Shown piece after piece: positions 8,509 through 17,863 of a stretch of DNA of 64,000 nt. The notes beneath the pieces were generated by a model. It was not told the DNA's origin. It did not search any database and saw only the letters and a program-made list of their open reading frames with translations. Made by a program: the position numbers and the translations under genes. Source of the DNA: Bdellovibrionota bacterium (lineage in GTDB: Bacteria > Bdellovibrionota_C > UBA2361 > JBGSMV01); assembly GCA_041739995.1 (NCBI GenBank), contig JBGSMV010000040.1, forward strand, positions 64,001-128,000. The letters run 5' to 3'. Numbering within the stretch: the stretch's first letter is position 1; each line of letters begins with the position of its first letter.

Positions 8509-10788
8509 ATGCCGGCAAATGCCCCCCTCAACACTCTGCCACCCATGAATTGGCCCTCTGAAACACTTACTAGCTTGAGCTCTTCGATCCCTCCAGGCAC
8601 CGCCACGAGAGAGATTCTTTGGAATCTTCCCCCAGGCATTACGATGCTGCTCGTGTACGGTCTATTTTCTCTATCACTTCTCATATGTGCCGTTGGAATT
8701 TTTCGACATGTAGAGCTTTGGATTTCTGGTAAGCCGCTGCAGTACTCCTCCCTGCCCTGGCATACGCGCATATGGAATCTAATCGTATGGTCATTCCTTC
8801 AAAAGCGCGTGGCGCGCACGCGCCCTGCCGGTTTCGCCCACACACTCGTGTACCTCGGGTTTCTTGCACTGCTCGCTGCCACTACCATGGTGGCTCTGCA
8901 GTATGATTTCGGACTGCCAGTGTTCCAAGGTAAGCCTTACCTTATCGTTACCGTCCTAAGCGACGTTCTAGGTTTTGGCCTAATCCTTGGCTGTCTCATC
9001 TTCGCGCATCGTCGCTATCTGTCGAACAGCGATCTTCCTCACAACCGATTGGCTGACAGTTCCTTCTTGCTTGTCCTTATTTTGCTTTGCCTTCAAGGTT
9101 TTATTCTAGAAGGACTTCGCATTCATGTAACCAATGATGTGTGGGCAAACTATTCACCCGTCGGGCTAGGCTTTGCAAAACTATTTTGGGCCCTTTCAGA
9201 TCAAGCCGCCGGTCGTGTTCATTTTGCGATGTGGTGGTTTCACACCATTACCGTGCTGGGAGTGATCGCGATTGTTCCGTACACCAAGGCCTTCCACATC
9301 TTCGCCAGCTCAGTGAACTTATTCTTTAGAAACTCGCATCGACCGAAGGGCTCACTTGAGCCAGTCGGAGATTTAGCTGAAAAAATGGAGTCCGGTGAAG
9401 AATTCACGATTGGGCTCGGCGACATCAAAGACTACAACTGGAAACAACTGCTTGATTTAGATGCCTGCACTAGTTGCGGGCGCTGTCAGGATGCCTGTCC
9501 AGCGTATAATTCCGGCAAACCACTCTCGCCTAAGTGGGTAGTACTCGACACCAGAAACCATGCGTTGCTGCTTCAACATAAAGGACAGCTTGCCACTTCA
9601 AGGCTCCCTACTCCGCTGGTGAAACTAGACCAAGCGCTTCAGTCCTCAATTTTCTTTCCTATGCAGGGCGTCTCCGACGATGCTCCGCATTATGACGATG
9701 GCGGTCACTTCAGAGCTCATAACCCCGCTGTCCAAAATGCGGCTCGCGCTATCGGCCAAGATGTTACGCACCGCATCGCTGAAGAAGTAATGGACCCTGC
9801 GGTATTTTGGAGTTGTACCACTTGCTATGCCTGCGTGGAGGCCTGCCCTGTTGGCATCAACCATGTAGACCAGATTATCGGGAATCGCAGAAATCTGGCA
9901 CTCATGCATGGAGAAATTCCTCAGGAAGCTCAAGCGACATTGCGGGCCCTTGAGAACCGCAGCAATCCTTATGGCGACCCCGCTGACCGAGTCAATTGGC
10001 TCGATGGGCTGGACGTTAAGATCCTTAGCCCCGGAGACAAGGTCGACTATCTATACTGGGTCGGCTGCGTATCGGCCTATGATCCACGCAAGCAAAAAAT
10101 TGCTCGCTCTCTAGCTAAGATAATGAAACACGCCAATCTCTCGTTTGGCATTCTTGGCACTGCCGAAGGTTGTACAGGAGATCCAGCCCGCAGACTGGGC
10201 GAAGAGAATCTCTTTCAGACCATGGCGAAGCAGAACATCGCAACTCTGCAAAGCGTGCAGTTCAAAGTGCTCGTGGCAAACTGCCCACACTGCTTCAATA
10301 CCATCAAGAATGAGTACCCCGAGTTTGGAAACCTCGGCGCAGGACGTAGCCCTGAAATCATTCACCACTCTCAGCTTCTACGTAGACTGCTCGCCGATGG
10401 TACCTTAGATCTTGGTCAAGGTTCGGAGGGCAATGAATCTTTCACCTTCCATGATCCTTGTTACCTCGGACGCTATAACGATGAGTACGAGGCACCGCGC
10501 GAGAGCCTACGCAAGGTTAAGGGACTCAACATCCTCGAGATGGATAAGAATAAAGAAAAAGGCATGTGTTGCGGGGCCGGCGGCGGGCACTTCTGGATGG
10601 ATTTAAAAGTAGGCGAGCGCATCAACACCCTTCGCGTGGATCAAGCCGCGGCGACAGGCGCTTCGAATATTGCCACTGCCTGCCCCTTTTGCATGCAGAT
10701 GCTGGAAGACGGAGTAAAGCTTACCGATCGCGATACGAGCTTAAAGGTCAAAGACATTGCGGAAGTGATTGCGGAAAAACTTCCTTGA
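8509..10788 (+). CDS. Membrane-anchored Fe-S oxidoreductase (FadF/HdrD-like: NarI-type membrane domain, two 4Fe-4S motifs, CCG domains)
   Basis: TM N-terminus with heme-type His residues, CTSCGRCQDACP, CTTCYACVEACP, YWVGC, CPHC, HDPCYLGR, CCGAGGG, ACPFC. Exact start uncertain. Confidence 0.9.
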   Translation: MPANAPLNTLPPMNWPSETLTSLSSSIPPGTATREILWNLPPGITMLLVYGLFSLSLLICAVGIFRHVELWISGKPLQYSSLPWHTRIWNLIVWSFLQKRVARTRPAGFAHTLVYLGFLALLAATTMVALQYDFGLPVFQGKPYLIVTVLSDVLGFGLILGCLIFAHRRYLSNSDLPHNRLADSSFLLVLILLCLQGFILEGLRIHVTNDVWANYSPVGLGFAKLFWALSDQAAGRVHFAMWWFHTITVLGVIAIVPYTKAFHIFASSVNLFFRNSHRPKGSLEPVGDLAEKMESGEEFTIGLGDIKDYNWKQLLDLDACTSCGRCQDACPAYNSGKPLSPKWVVLDTRNHALLLQHKGQLATSRLPTPLVKLDQALQSSIFFPMQGVSDDAPHYDDGGHFRAHNPAVQNAARAIGQDVTHRIAEEVMDPAVFWSCTTCYACVEACPVGINHVDQIIGNRRNLALMHGEIPQEAQATLRALENRSNPYGDPADRVNWLDGLDVKILSPGDKVDYLYWVGCVSAYDPRKQKIARSLAKIMKHANLSFGILGTAEGCTGDPARRLGEENLFQTMAKQNIATLQSVQFKVLVANCPHCFNTIKNEYPEFGNLGAGRSPEIIHHSQLLRRLLADGTLDLGQGSEGNESFTFHDPCYLGRYNDEYEAPRESLRKVKGLNILEMDKNKEKGMCCGAGGGHFWMDLKVGERINTLRVDQAAATGASNIATACPFCMQMLEDGVKLTDRDTSLKVKDIAEVIAEKLP

Positions 10789-10824
10789 TTTGATCACGAG
10801 GGGGCCGAGCTTGATCTTTTACTC

Positions 10825-10903
10825 ACGCGGGGGACGCGGAGGTCTCGGAGGAGAAGCGGGATAGATTTTCTCTCCGTGTCCACCGCGACCCCGCGTTAAA
10901 AAT
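10825..10903. repeat. Intergenic palindromic REP-like element, family A copy 1
   Basis: Long imperfect hairpin acgcgggggacgcggaggtctcggaggagaa...ttctctccgtgtccaccgcgaccccgcgttaaaaat with a similar copy at 34857..34925. Lies between convergent genes. Confidence 0.75.
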
Positions 10904-10976
10904 GCGCCACAATGAGAAGTCGTAGTCTCGACCATCCGATGACGGCATAGGTGAAGTGCCATACCCTCCAGCAAAC

Positions 10977-11020
10977 AAAAAAAAGGGACCCGAGATGCCA
11001 AAACATCTCGAGCCCCTTTC
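10977..11020 (-). terminator. Rho-independent terminator of the HU gene
   Basis: Minus strand reads gaaaggggctcgagatg-ttttgg-catctcgggtccc followed by a T8 tract, just downstream of the HU stop. Confidence 0.85.
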
Positions 11021-11086
11021 TACTTCGAACCAGGACGCTTTCCGCTTCAATTGCTCGAAACAACTAACGCCCGGTTCTCGGCAGCC

Positions 11087-11530
11087 TTACAGCACTCTCT
11101 CTTTAAGAGACTTCGACGCTGAGAAACGAACACGTCGACGAGCTGGAATCTGCACTGGCTCTCCAGTTTGCGGATTACGACCAACACGAGCCTTTGACTG
11201 ACGTACGTATAGTTTTCCAAGGCCCATAAGTGGCAGCTTGAAGCCCTTACGTAGTGACTCAGTGATAAACGCTGCAATATCTTCCACTACTTCCTTCGCT
11301 TGTGAGCGCTTTGGAAGTCCGCAGAAAGCACGAATGTTCTCGAGGAACTCTGACTGGGTGTAGCTCAAAGTGCCAGTATTGCGAGGTTTGGAAACCTGGC
11401 GAACCTTTGACTGCAGTACGATTCCGGATGGCTTCGCAACCATCGTCTTCTTAGCTGCTGCTGGCTTCTTAGCTGAACGAGCTGGTTTGCTTGATTTTTT
11501 GGCGGCTTTTTTCATTGGCTTTTTAGCCAT
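11087..11530 (-). CDS. hup: HU-family DNA-binding protein with an N-terminal Lys/Ala-rich extension
   Basis: GLGKLYVRQSKARVGRNPQTGEPVQIPARRRVRF is the HU/IHF signature. ATG 11530 follows a GGAG Shine-Dalgarno and begins MAKKPMKKAAKK. Confidence 0.9.
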   Translation of the reverse strand: MAKKPMKKAAKKSSKPARSAKKPAAAKKTMVAKPSGIVLQSKVRQVSKPRNTGTLSYTQSEFLENIRAFCGLPKRSQAKEVVEDIAAFITESLRKGFKLPLMGLGKLYVRQSKARVGRNPQTGEPVQIPARRRVRFSASKSLKERVL

Positions 11531-11997
11531 AAGAACAATCTCCAATAGACAAATAAATACTATCAAAATTTCAAAAAAGCCCCAAAATTCGTGGCTTTCT
11601 GGAGAGTTCGAGTCCTCTCATTGGCGAATATAGGAACAACTCGCGACTTCGATCAACAAGAAAAACAAGGCTAAACGCAACATTTCATAGCTCTCGAGCG
11701 TGTGCCCGCAGCGGGCGGTCGAGGCCCTTTGGGTGGGAAACTAAGCTAAAAATGCGGGATTCTTGGTCATTTCGCTCCTTTTGGCATGCCATCTATCCCC
11801 ACTCCCTCATCTGGCGCTGCTCATTGCTGAGACGCAAAGTAGCTAAAACAAGCCAATTTGAAGGCGCTAAGCCTGCAAGTAAGACCAAAGTGGCGCACTG
11901 CAGAGCGGAATGACTAGAATATGCAATGCAGCCCCTTGCTCGATGACGTAACGAATCGATACAGAAGTCCCAGATTGGCCGAAACGAAAAACCCAAT

Positions 11998-12735
11998 ATG
12001 CTTAAACAAGTTCTTGGTCTTCTAGTTGGTTCTCAGCTTCTATTCGCTCCTCTACTGAGAGCTGACTCAGGTAGTGTTCCGGTATTCCTTCAGGAACTAT
12101 CACTGCAAATCCCGCGCGACCTTGTGTTGGTATCGAGCGGCAAGCAGCCAGGAGAAGAACAGCTCGGTGTAGGCTCCCAAAGCGCACCTCATTCGCCTGC
12201 CCCATCATCGTTCGCTCCGGGCCCGATCCTAGTGGCCCGTAGCTCCGCTCGCGATTCAGGCTTCCCCACCTTCAATATAGTGAAAGCTCCCGGTGCGTTT
12301 CCTGCACCCCCCAAAGACCTTGCGAAACTCTCACAAGTGTTAGCCGCCAGCTACCAATCAGTTGGCATGTTCGAGGCGAAAAGCACCGCCGCCATTTTTG
12401 TGCCGTCCACCGTCGAGGACCTTCCACTCATTTCGCTCACATATCGAAACGGTCCGCATGAGATGCGGGCAGCCGTAAGCGTACTCTCGTTTTCGGACAG
12501 GCATTATGTATTCACTTGGACTGACCAAGTCGCTGAGGCTAAAGATCCGTCCGCACTGAGTCTGCAGGCGACCGGAGTGCTTGCGACTCTTTCGTGGAAA
12601 CCAGAATCTGCCGTCGCTCGCATGAAAGAACCCGTTGCGTCACTCAGCCCGGCTTCAATGGCACTTCTGGTTCTCTGCTTCATTTGCTTCGCTGGGGTTG
12701 CGTATTTACTCAGAAGGACGCGCTTTTCAAAGTAG
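11998..12735 (+). CDS. Hypothetical exported protein with a C-terminal membrane anchor
   Basis: Signal-peptide-like N-terminus; C-terminal hydrophobic helix followed by RRTRFSK. Confidence 0.7.
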   Translation: MLKQVLGLLVGSQLLFAPLLRADSGSVPVFLQELSLQIPRDLVLVSSGKQPGEEQLGVGSQSAPHSPAPSSFAPGPILVARSSARDSGFPTFNIVKAPGAFPAPPKDLAKLSQVLAASYQSVGMFEAKSTAAIFVPSTVEDLPLISLTYRNGPHEMRAAVSVLSFSDRHYVFTWTDQVAEAKDPSALSLQATGVLATLSWKPESAVARMKEPVASLSPASMALLVLCFICFAGVAYLLRRTRFSK

Positions 12736-12942
12736 CCAGACCCACATCCTTCCTGAAGATCGCCGTCACGCATCTCTTCGCATAACAACCAAGCAACTTC
12801 GCTGGCAAGTTCTCATTCGCCGAACACCCGATACTCTAGCTTCGCTCTCTCGGTGGCTATTTCGAAAAATCATACGACGATGGAAGGGAAGGTTCTTCTC
12901 GTGGTTTTGGTACGGGTCTTTCGACCCAGAAAGGCGGTAGTT

Positions 12943-13662
12943 ATGAGTGTTGAGTTTCCGAAACCTGATTTCGAGGCGGCCAAGAGGGCGTGGCTCTCGG
13001 GCACGGATCAGGGCCACTGGGCATGGGCCCTGGGGGATCTGATCTCCATGGGCGCGCCCATCCTGGAAACCTTCCGGGTCTGCGCAGAGGCCTTCCCGCA
13101 TCCGCGTCTGAAGCTCCTCAACTTTGAGGTGCACAACACGGTGCGAGAGGGTGGCTCGATGGTCGATGGGCTGAACGTGGCCGGTCTGCTCGGTGCGCTC
13201 GACCCGCATCTGATCGATCTGGTGAACATCGGCGAGGAGACTGGAGAGCTCGACACGATGCTGCACCGCTACGCGCGGTGGGCAATCGGCGGCTCTCCCA
13301 AGACTCTGGCCCAGGCGCTTGGCCGCGACCAGCGCTTGATCAGTTTCACCGAGCAGCTCAGCATGCTGCAAGACGCAGGGCTTCCGTTGCTGCGTTCCCT
13401 GCAGATGCTGGCGGATCACCCGACGTTGGCGGGTGCCAAAGTCGCTCTGGGCAAGCTGCAGGAGCAGATCGAGGGCGGCTCAAGCCTCTCTGAGGCGATC
13501 GCTTCTCTCGGTTCGCCGTCCCTTGGTTCGCCGTCCCTTGGTTCGCCTGGCCTCCCTGTCGACCCGGTCCTGCTCGCAATCCTGCGCGCAGGTGAAGTCG
13601 GCGGAGTCCTCGATCTCGCGCTCGTGCGTCTGGCACAGCAGAACAAGGCCCTGCTTCCCTAG
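12943..13662 (+). CDS. Type II secretion F / PilC-like protein made of two cytoplasmic domains with no TM segments
   Basis: GAPILETF...VREGGSM...IGEETGELDTML, then FTEQLSMLQDAGLPLLRSL...IEGGSSLSEA...RAGEVGGVLD. ATG 12943 follows aaggcgg. Confidence 0.85.
   Translation: MSVEFPKPDFEAAKRAWLSGTDQGHWAWALGDLISMGAPILETFRVCAEAFPHPRLKLLNFEVHNTVREGGSMVDGLNVAGLLGALDPHLIDLVNIGEETGELDTMLHRYARWAIGGSPKTLAQALGRDQRLISFTEQLSMLQDAGLPLLRSLQMLADHPTLAGAKVALGKLQEQIEGGSSLSEAIASLGSPSLGSPSLGSPGLPVDPVLLAILRAGEVGGVLDLALVRLAQQNKALLP
13507..13551 (+). repeat. 15-bp tandem repeat x3 encoding LGSPS-LGSPS-LGSPG
   Basis: ctcggttcgccgtcc cttggttcgccgtcc cttggttcgcctggc. Confidence 0.95.
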
Positions 13663-13699
13663 CGAACGAGAGACAACACACTAAAAGGTTCTACCCAAT

Positions 13700-13726
13700 T
13701 GGGAGCCCCTCGGCTCCCATTTCTTT
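13700..13726 (+). terminator. Rho-independent terminator after the PilC-like gene
   Basis: tgggagcc-cctc-ggctccca followed by tttcttt. Confidence 0.8.
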
Positions 13727-13988
13727 GTCCGAGGTTTAAGTCAGGAAAAAAGGAGGCACTCGAGAGCAGCGCCGAATCCATCGCACCAGATACCCAGCGG
13801 ACCAGTGGTCGCAAGCACTCCGACCTTATTAATCAGCAAAATCAAAGTCTCTTCGAGATGCCATAAGCGAGCGCGCTCATTTTACTCAAAAATGCAGTTT
13901 TTCTGCGACGACCAGTTTGGCCGAATTCAAAAACAAAGATTTTGAATTCGGCCGAGGGACAACACATAGCCTAAAGAACTCGCGTCCC

Positions 13989-15011
13989 CTATCTCAGCAA
14001 CACGCCACCCCTCTTCGCAATGAAACTATCAACTTTGCCCGGCTCTTTGCCGCCACCGTCAGCGAATGCCACCGATATCATTTCGGTATTGAAACTATAG
14101 GCTGGCGAACCAAATGGTGGCACCACTACCATGCCACCGCCTCGTTTGCCTGATTTTCGAGAGAGCTCACTAAATTCACTCTGAAGAATTGCATCCAGCT
14201 TTTCGGGATGCTCGCGAAAAACTGTCGGATGTTCTCGAACAGAGGTGCTCATTCGAGACAGCACGAACCCTGAGACAAGCCCCGAGAGCAATGATTCCCC
14301 ATGACCAGTGGTAGAGAGCGCGCCAATCTCATTGTCAGCGAACACTCCTGAGCCGATGATGGGAGTATCTCCAATTCTACCATTGTCCTTAGAATTCACT
14401 CCTCCGGTTGAAGTCCCCGCGCAAAGATTGCCTTCCATATCTCGCACCACACACCCCACTGTTCCCCCGGAAGTCTCTCCTGAAACAGTAAATTCAACGC
14501 CTTCGTCTTTAAGCCATTCCACAACCACAGGGGAAAGTAACTCTTCGTGAGTTTTGACCCAACCGTATCTATCTTTGATAAAGCGCGGCGCACCGTCGAC
14601 CTCATTCATTAATTCATGGGTCCAAACCGTCATCAATGTGCGATTAGGTTTAAGCATGTCGAGCGCGATTGCCGAGGGCATTTTTACGCGTCGAACATTC
14701 AGCAAAGAAACAAAGTCTCTGTTGCCACGCATCAACCCCACGTCAAGAAGTACGATGCCATGCACGTTGGGATATCCCCCAAAGCCGGCATTAAAATAGC
14801 TGGAAGCCTCCATCTCGCGCAGTGCTGCGGCGACTCCAAATTCAGCTGGCTTTCCTTTTTGAAGCTCATCCCACGCAGCGCGCACCGCTTGGCGCATCAC
14901 GGGAACTTTCAATAATGCCCGTTCGTCGGGTAATTTTCCCGCGCCGCCATGCACTATCACGCACGGCTTACCCTTCTCGACCGCCATCAAACGCTTATCA
15001 TTATCGCTCAT
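13989..15011 (-). CDS. iaaA: Isoaspartyl peptidase / L-asparaginase (Ntn hydrolase)
   Basis: IVHGGAG, FNAG, GTVGCV (nucleophile Thr), TSTGG, GRIGDTPIIGSG, STTGHGE. Start taken at ATG 15011. Confidence 0.9.
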   Translation of the reverse strand: MSDNDKRLMAVEKGKPCVIVHGGAGKLPDERALLKVPVMRQAVRAAWDELQKGKPAEFGVAAALREMEASSYFNAGFGGYPNVHGIVLLDVGLMRGNRDFVSLLNVRRVKMPSAIALDMLKPNRTLMTVWTHELMNEVDGAPRFIKDRYGWVKTHEELLSPVVVEWLKDEGVEFTVSGETSGGTVGCVVRDMEGNLCAGTSTGGVNSKDNGRIGDTPIIGSGVFADNEIGALSTTGHGESLLSGLVSGFVLSRMSTSVREHPTVFREHPEKLDAILQSEFSELSRKSGKRGGGMVVVPPFGSPAYSFNTEMISVAFADGGGKEPGKVDSFIAKRGGVLLR

Positions 15012-15372
15012 AGATCTTGTTCTAGTTGCTGCAGCTGGTAGTCCAAAACGATCGCTCCCAAACGAGACACACGTCACTCTGCACAGGCAGTTCATCGATT
15101 TTCAATATTTACTTTGGTGCGTTAGGCTCTCTATTGCAAGAGCGTTACTCTCTCTTCCGATAAGGAACTGATTGAACTGTTACCCTGGCCGGACGGACGC
15201 CTTTCTCGTTAAAAGATACACCGGTGGCACTTGAACTCTGTCCCCGAGCCCCTGTCCCCTAGCCCCTTTCCTCCAGTCCGACTTGCCAAGCGCCCATAAT
15301 TAGCAAAGAGTTAGCCTCAGATAAGCGTTTTGTTACTACAGAATAGGAATCTTGCTTTTCGAGGCTTCGGCT

Positions 15373-16656
15373 ATGAAGATGGAATTATCGACCCTACGAC
15401 ACTGCGTTATTTCAGACGAGAAGCAGCGCATTCTCTTCGCCACCGACGTACTCTCTCAGCCAGCCAGCGAGGTCATGCTCAAAAATGACAAGCTGCTACA
15501 CCACCAGTGCAGCCGCGCGCTTCCGATCGCCACCGAACGAGATATCGTCGTGCTCCAGGGAACGTTGGACGAGGCCTATCATCGCTGGCTCCGCAGCTTC
15601 GGCCTCAGCACGGACAATATTGTCGAATACGGTGAGAAGCAGGCCAGTGGCCCGCTTTCCAATGTAATTCGAAACAATCCAGGTCCGGTGCTTTCTGCCG
15701 TTGGCAAGGATGCCCACACGGTCTATCTCGCCTTTTATCTCGCCAAGAACGACATCGCCTGCGCAAAAGAACTTGGGGTGCACCCCTTTGGCTGTGACGA
15801 AGAAATTACCAGTAAGTACTTCGACAAGTTAAGTTTCAAACAAGAATGCCAAAAACTTGGCATTCCTACCATCGAGGGACATCACCACAAAATCGACGTT
15901 ACCAGTCCGCTGAACCGCGACGAGATGGCCGAGCTCATCCATCGCCTGCTTTCAAATTATGGCAAGGTGATTGTACGTGGGACTGACGGGTCCGCCGGTC
16001 GCTCGCTTTACACCATCGATCAACCAGACGTTCGAGAGCTTTATGAAGCAATTGTTTCAAATCGTGACAAGACAGTCTTGATCGAGCCGTTTCTGAATGT
16101 GGTCTCCTCTCCAAACGACCAATGGATGATCGGGCAGTCAGGCGAAATTCGTCACTTCGGACTATCCGCCCAGTTGTTTCAAGGACTCAAGCACGCCGGC
16201 AATTTCTTTGGGCAGTACTACTCACCACGCGTCGCTCAGTACATAGAGGAAACCTCATCGAAAATTGTGCAAGCGATGGCCGAGGGCGGATATCGTGGAG
16301 TGCTTGGCGTAGACTATATCGTCTGCGAAGAAGGGATTTTCCCGATTGAGAATAATGCACGTCTCAACGGTTCGTCTTTTGCGCTTGAACTGTTTCATAT
16401 TATCTCAAAACAAATCAAAGACGTTCGCTGCTGGAAATTCTTCAAAGCCAAGTGCGACAAGATGTCATTCACTGAATTCAAAGAGAAAGTCGGGAGACTC
16501 CTATTTGACGGGAAGCGAGTAAACTCAGTGTTCCCGTTTGTGACGGGACTGATTCCTGAAAAGGGTGAGTTTATTGCGCTGCTTCTGGCTGAAGACACCT
16601 ACCACATAGACTATTTGCAAGATGCGCTGACTTACGCCGGAATTCATCGGGCATGA
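15373..16656 (+). CDS. ATP-grasp ligase (pre-ATP-grasp / PGM1-like peptide ligase)
   Basis: FDKLSFK, GSAGRSL loop, VLIEPFL, YRGVLGVDYI, IENNARLNGS. Confidence 0.8.
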   Translation: MKMELSTLRHCVISDEKQRILFATDVLSQPASEVMLKNDKLLHHQCSRALPIATERDIVVLQGTLDEAYHRWLRSFGLSTDNIVEYGEKQASGPLSNVIRNNPGPVLSAVGKDAHTVYLAFYLAKNDIACAKELGVHPFGCDEEITSKYFDKLSFKQECQKLGIPTIEGHHHKIDVTSPLNRDEMAELIHRLLSNYGKVIVRGTDGSAGRSLYTIDQPDVRELYEAIVSNRDKTVLIEPFLNVVSSPNDQWMIGQSGEIRHFGLSAQLFQGLKHAGNFFGQYYSPRVAQYIEETSSKIVQAMAEGGYRGVLGVDYIVCEEGIFPIENNARLNGSSFALELFHIISKQIKDVRCWKFFKAKCDKMSFTEFKEKVGRLLFDGKRVNSVFPFVTGLIPEKGEFIALLLAEDTYHIDYLQDALTYAGIHRA

Positions 16657-16814
16657 GACGAACGAGCTGCCGTTCCCTCGATTAGAATTCTGATGGTCGC
16701 TCTGCTGCCACCTTTCCACCCCCCTTTCCGGTGGAACACTTTCAGCCGTAATAAAATACACTATAATCAGCTAGTTATAGAGGCGCCAGTACACCCTCTA
16801 CTACCCATAACAGA

Positions 16815-17855
16815 ATGGTGAGCACGGGCTATAACACGGCTCCAGAGGAATTTAATTTTCGAGCTCCCACCAAGAGAGTTTCACTAACCGATTCATGCTG
16901 CCCAGTCGCCATGCAAACACCTCACCAACAATCTCACGCGAATGCTTTTCCAATTCCGGCTCAATCGGGTGTCAGCCCTGATCGATCAAAACTGACGCTG
17001 CTGCTCGCACAGAGCGGAGCTTCCAATCTTCAGCTTTCTGGCCCAGCTGAAGCGGCCATCTTATCCCTGCTTGGCCCTCTTGTACGCGGCACCGCGGTGC
17101 GGTTCCAGCTTGAACGACCCTCGATGCCTGCCCCTCAGCAATTAGACTTAGAAGTCACTTCCCATAGGGGCGCGCCGTCGTTCCGTGTGCTTACGGGCTC
17201 CCATGAAGACGCACAGGAGTCCCGCATTCTCTCTATCGCAAGGGACGGACTCCCTGCGATTCAACGTCGAGACTGCGCCGCATGGTTCAATCCAATGATT
17301 GAGATTTGGAAAAGACCTCTCTCAATTAGCTCCGGCTGGGATGCGTTTAGATCTAGTATCGGAGGATTAGTAACAATTACCTCTCGCTTCGAAGGAACCG
17401 AAAGCACCGTCGTGGGTACCCTTTCGAGTAGCGAACCTGGAAACGATCGTTTCGCTGTGCAGCGCGACGATGGCAAGGTTAGCACTTACTCTCCAAAGTC
17501 CGGCGTTGAACTCCTAAGTGTAAGTACCTGCATACGAGGACTGCTGTGGCAGCGACCTAAAGGCGTCTCAGACTCGATTGGCGATGTGCATGAGTTGCGT
17601 CAACTCCTCCCCGATGGAGCGACAGTGGAGGCCACACTTCATGATGGATACCGTATTTCAGGTACCTGGCGTGGGGTCGACGATCGATACCTACCACTAA
17701 TCGCCGTTGAAAGTGGCGCAGCGAAGCATCGCGGGGATGGAATTTTTGCTGCACGCTTGCAGGACATAGCGAGCCTTCGCACGGTGGGGATCGAGTCAGG
17801 GGGCGTTCAGCCCTACAAAGTTCTGTGGAAGGCCGACTCTTCACCTACTAAATAA
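16815..17855 (+). CDS. Hypothetical protein
   Basis: 346-aa ORF filling the space up to the nuoN stop; no motif recognised. The start may be at 16911. Confidence 0.6.
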   Translation: MVSTGYNTAPEEFNFRAPTKRVSLTDSCCPVAMQTPHQQSHANAFPIPAQSGVSPDRSKLTLLLAQSGASNLQLSGPAEAAILSLLGPLVRGTAVRFQLERPSMPAPQQLDLEVTSHRGAPSFRVLTGSHEDAQESRILSIARDGLPAIQRRDCAAWFNPMIEIWKRPLSISSGWDAFRSSIGGLVTITSRFEGTESTVVGTLSSSEPGNDRFAVQRDDGKVSTYSPKSGVELLSVSTCIRGLLWQRPKGVSDSIGDVHELRQLLPDGATVEATLHDGYRISGTWRGVDDRYLPLIAVESGAAKHRGDGIFAARLQDIASLRTVGIESGGVQPYKVLWKADSSPTK

Positions 17856-17863
17856 GATGCCTT

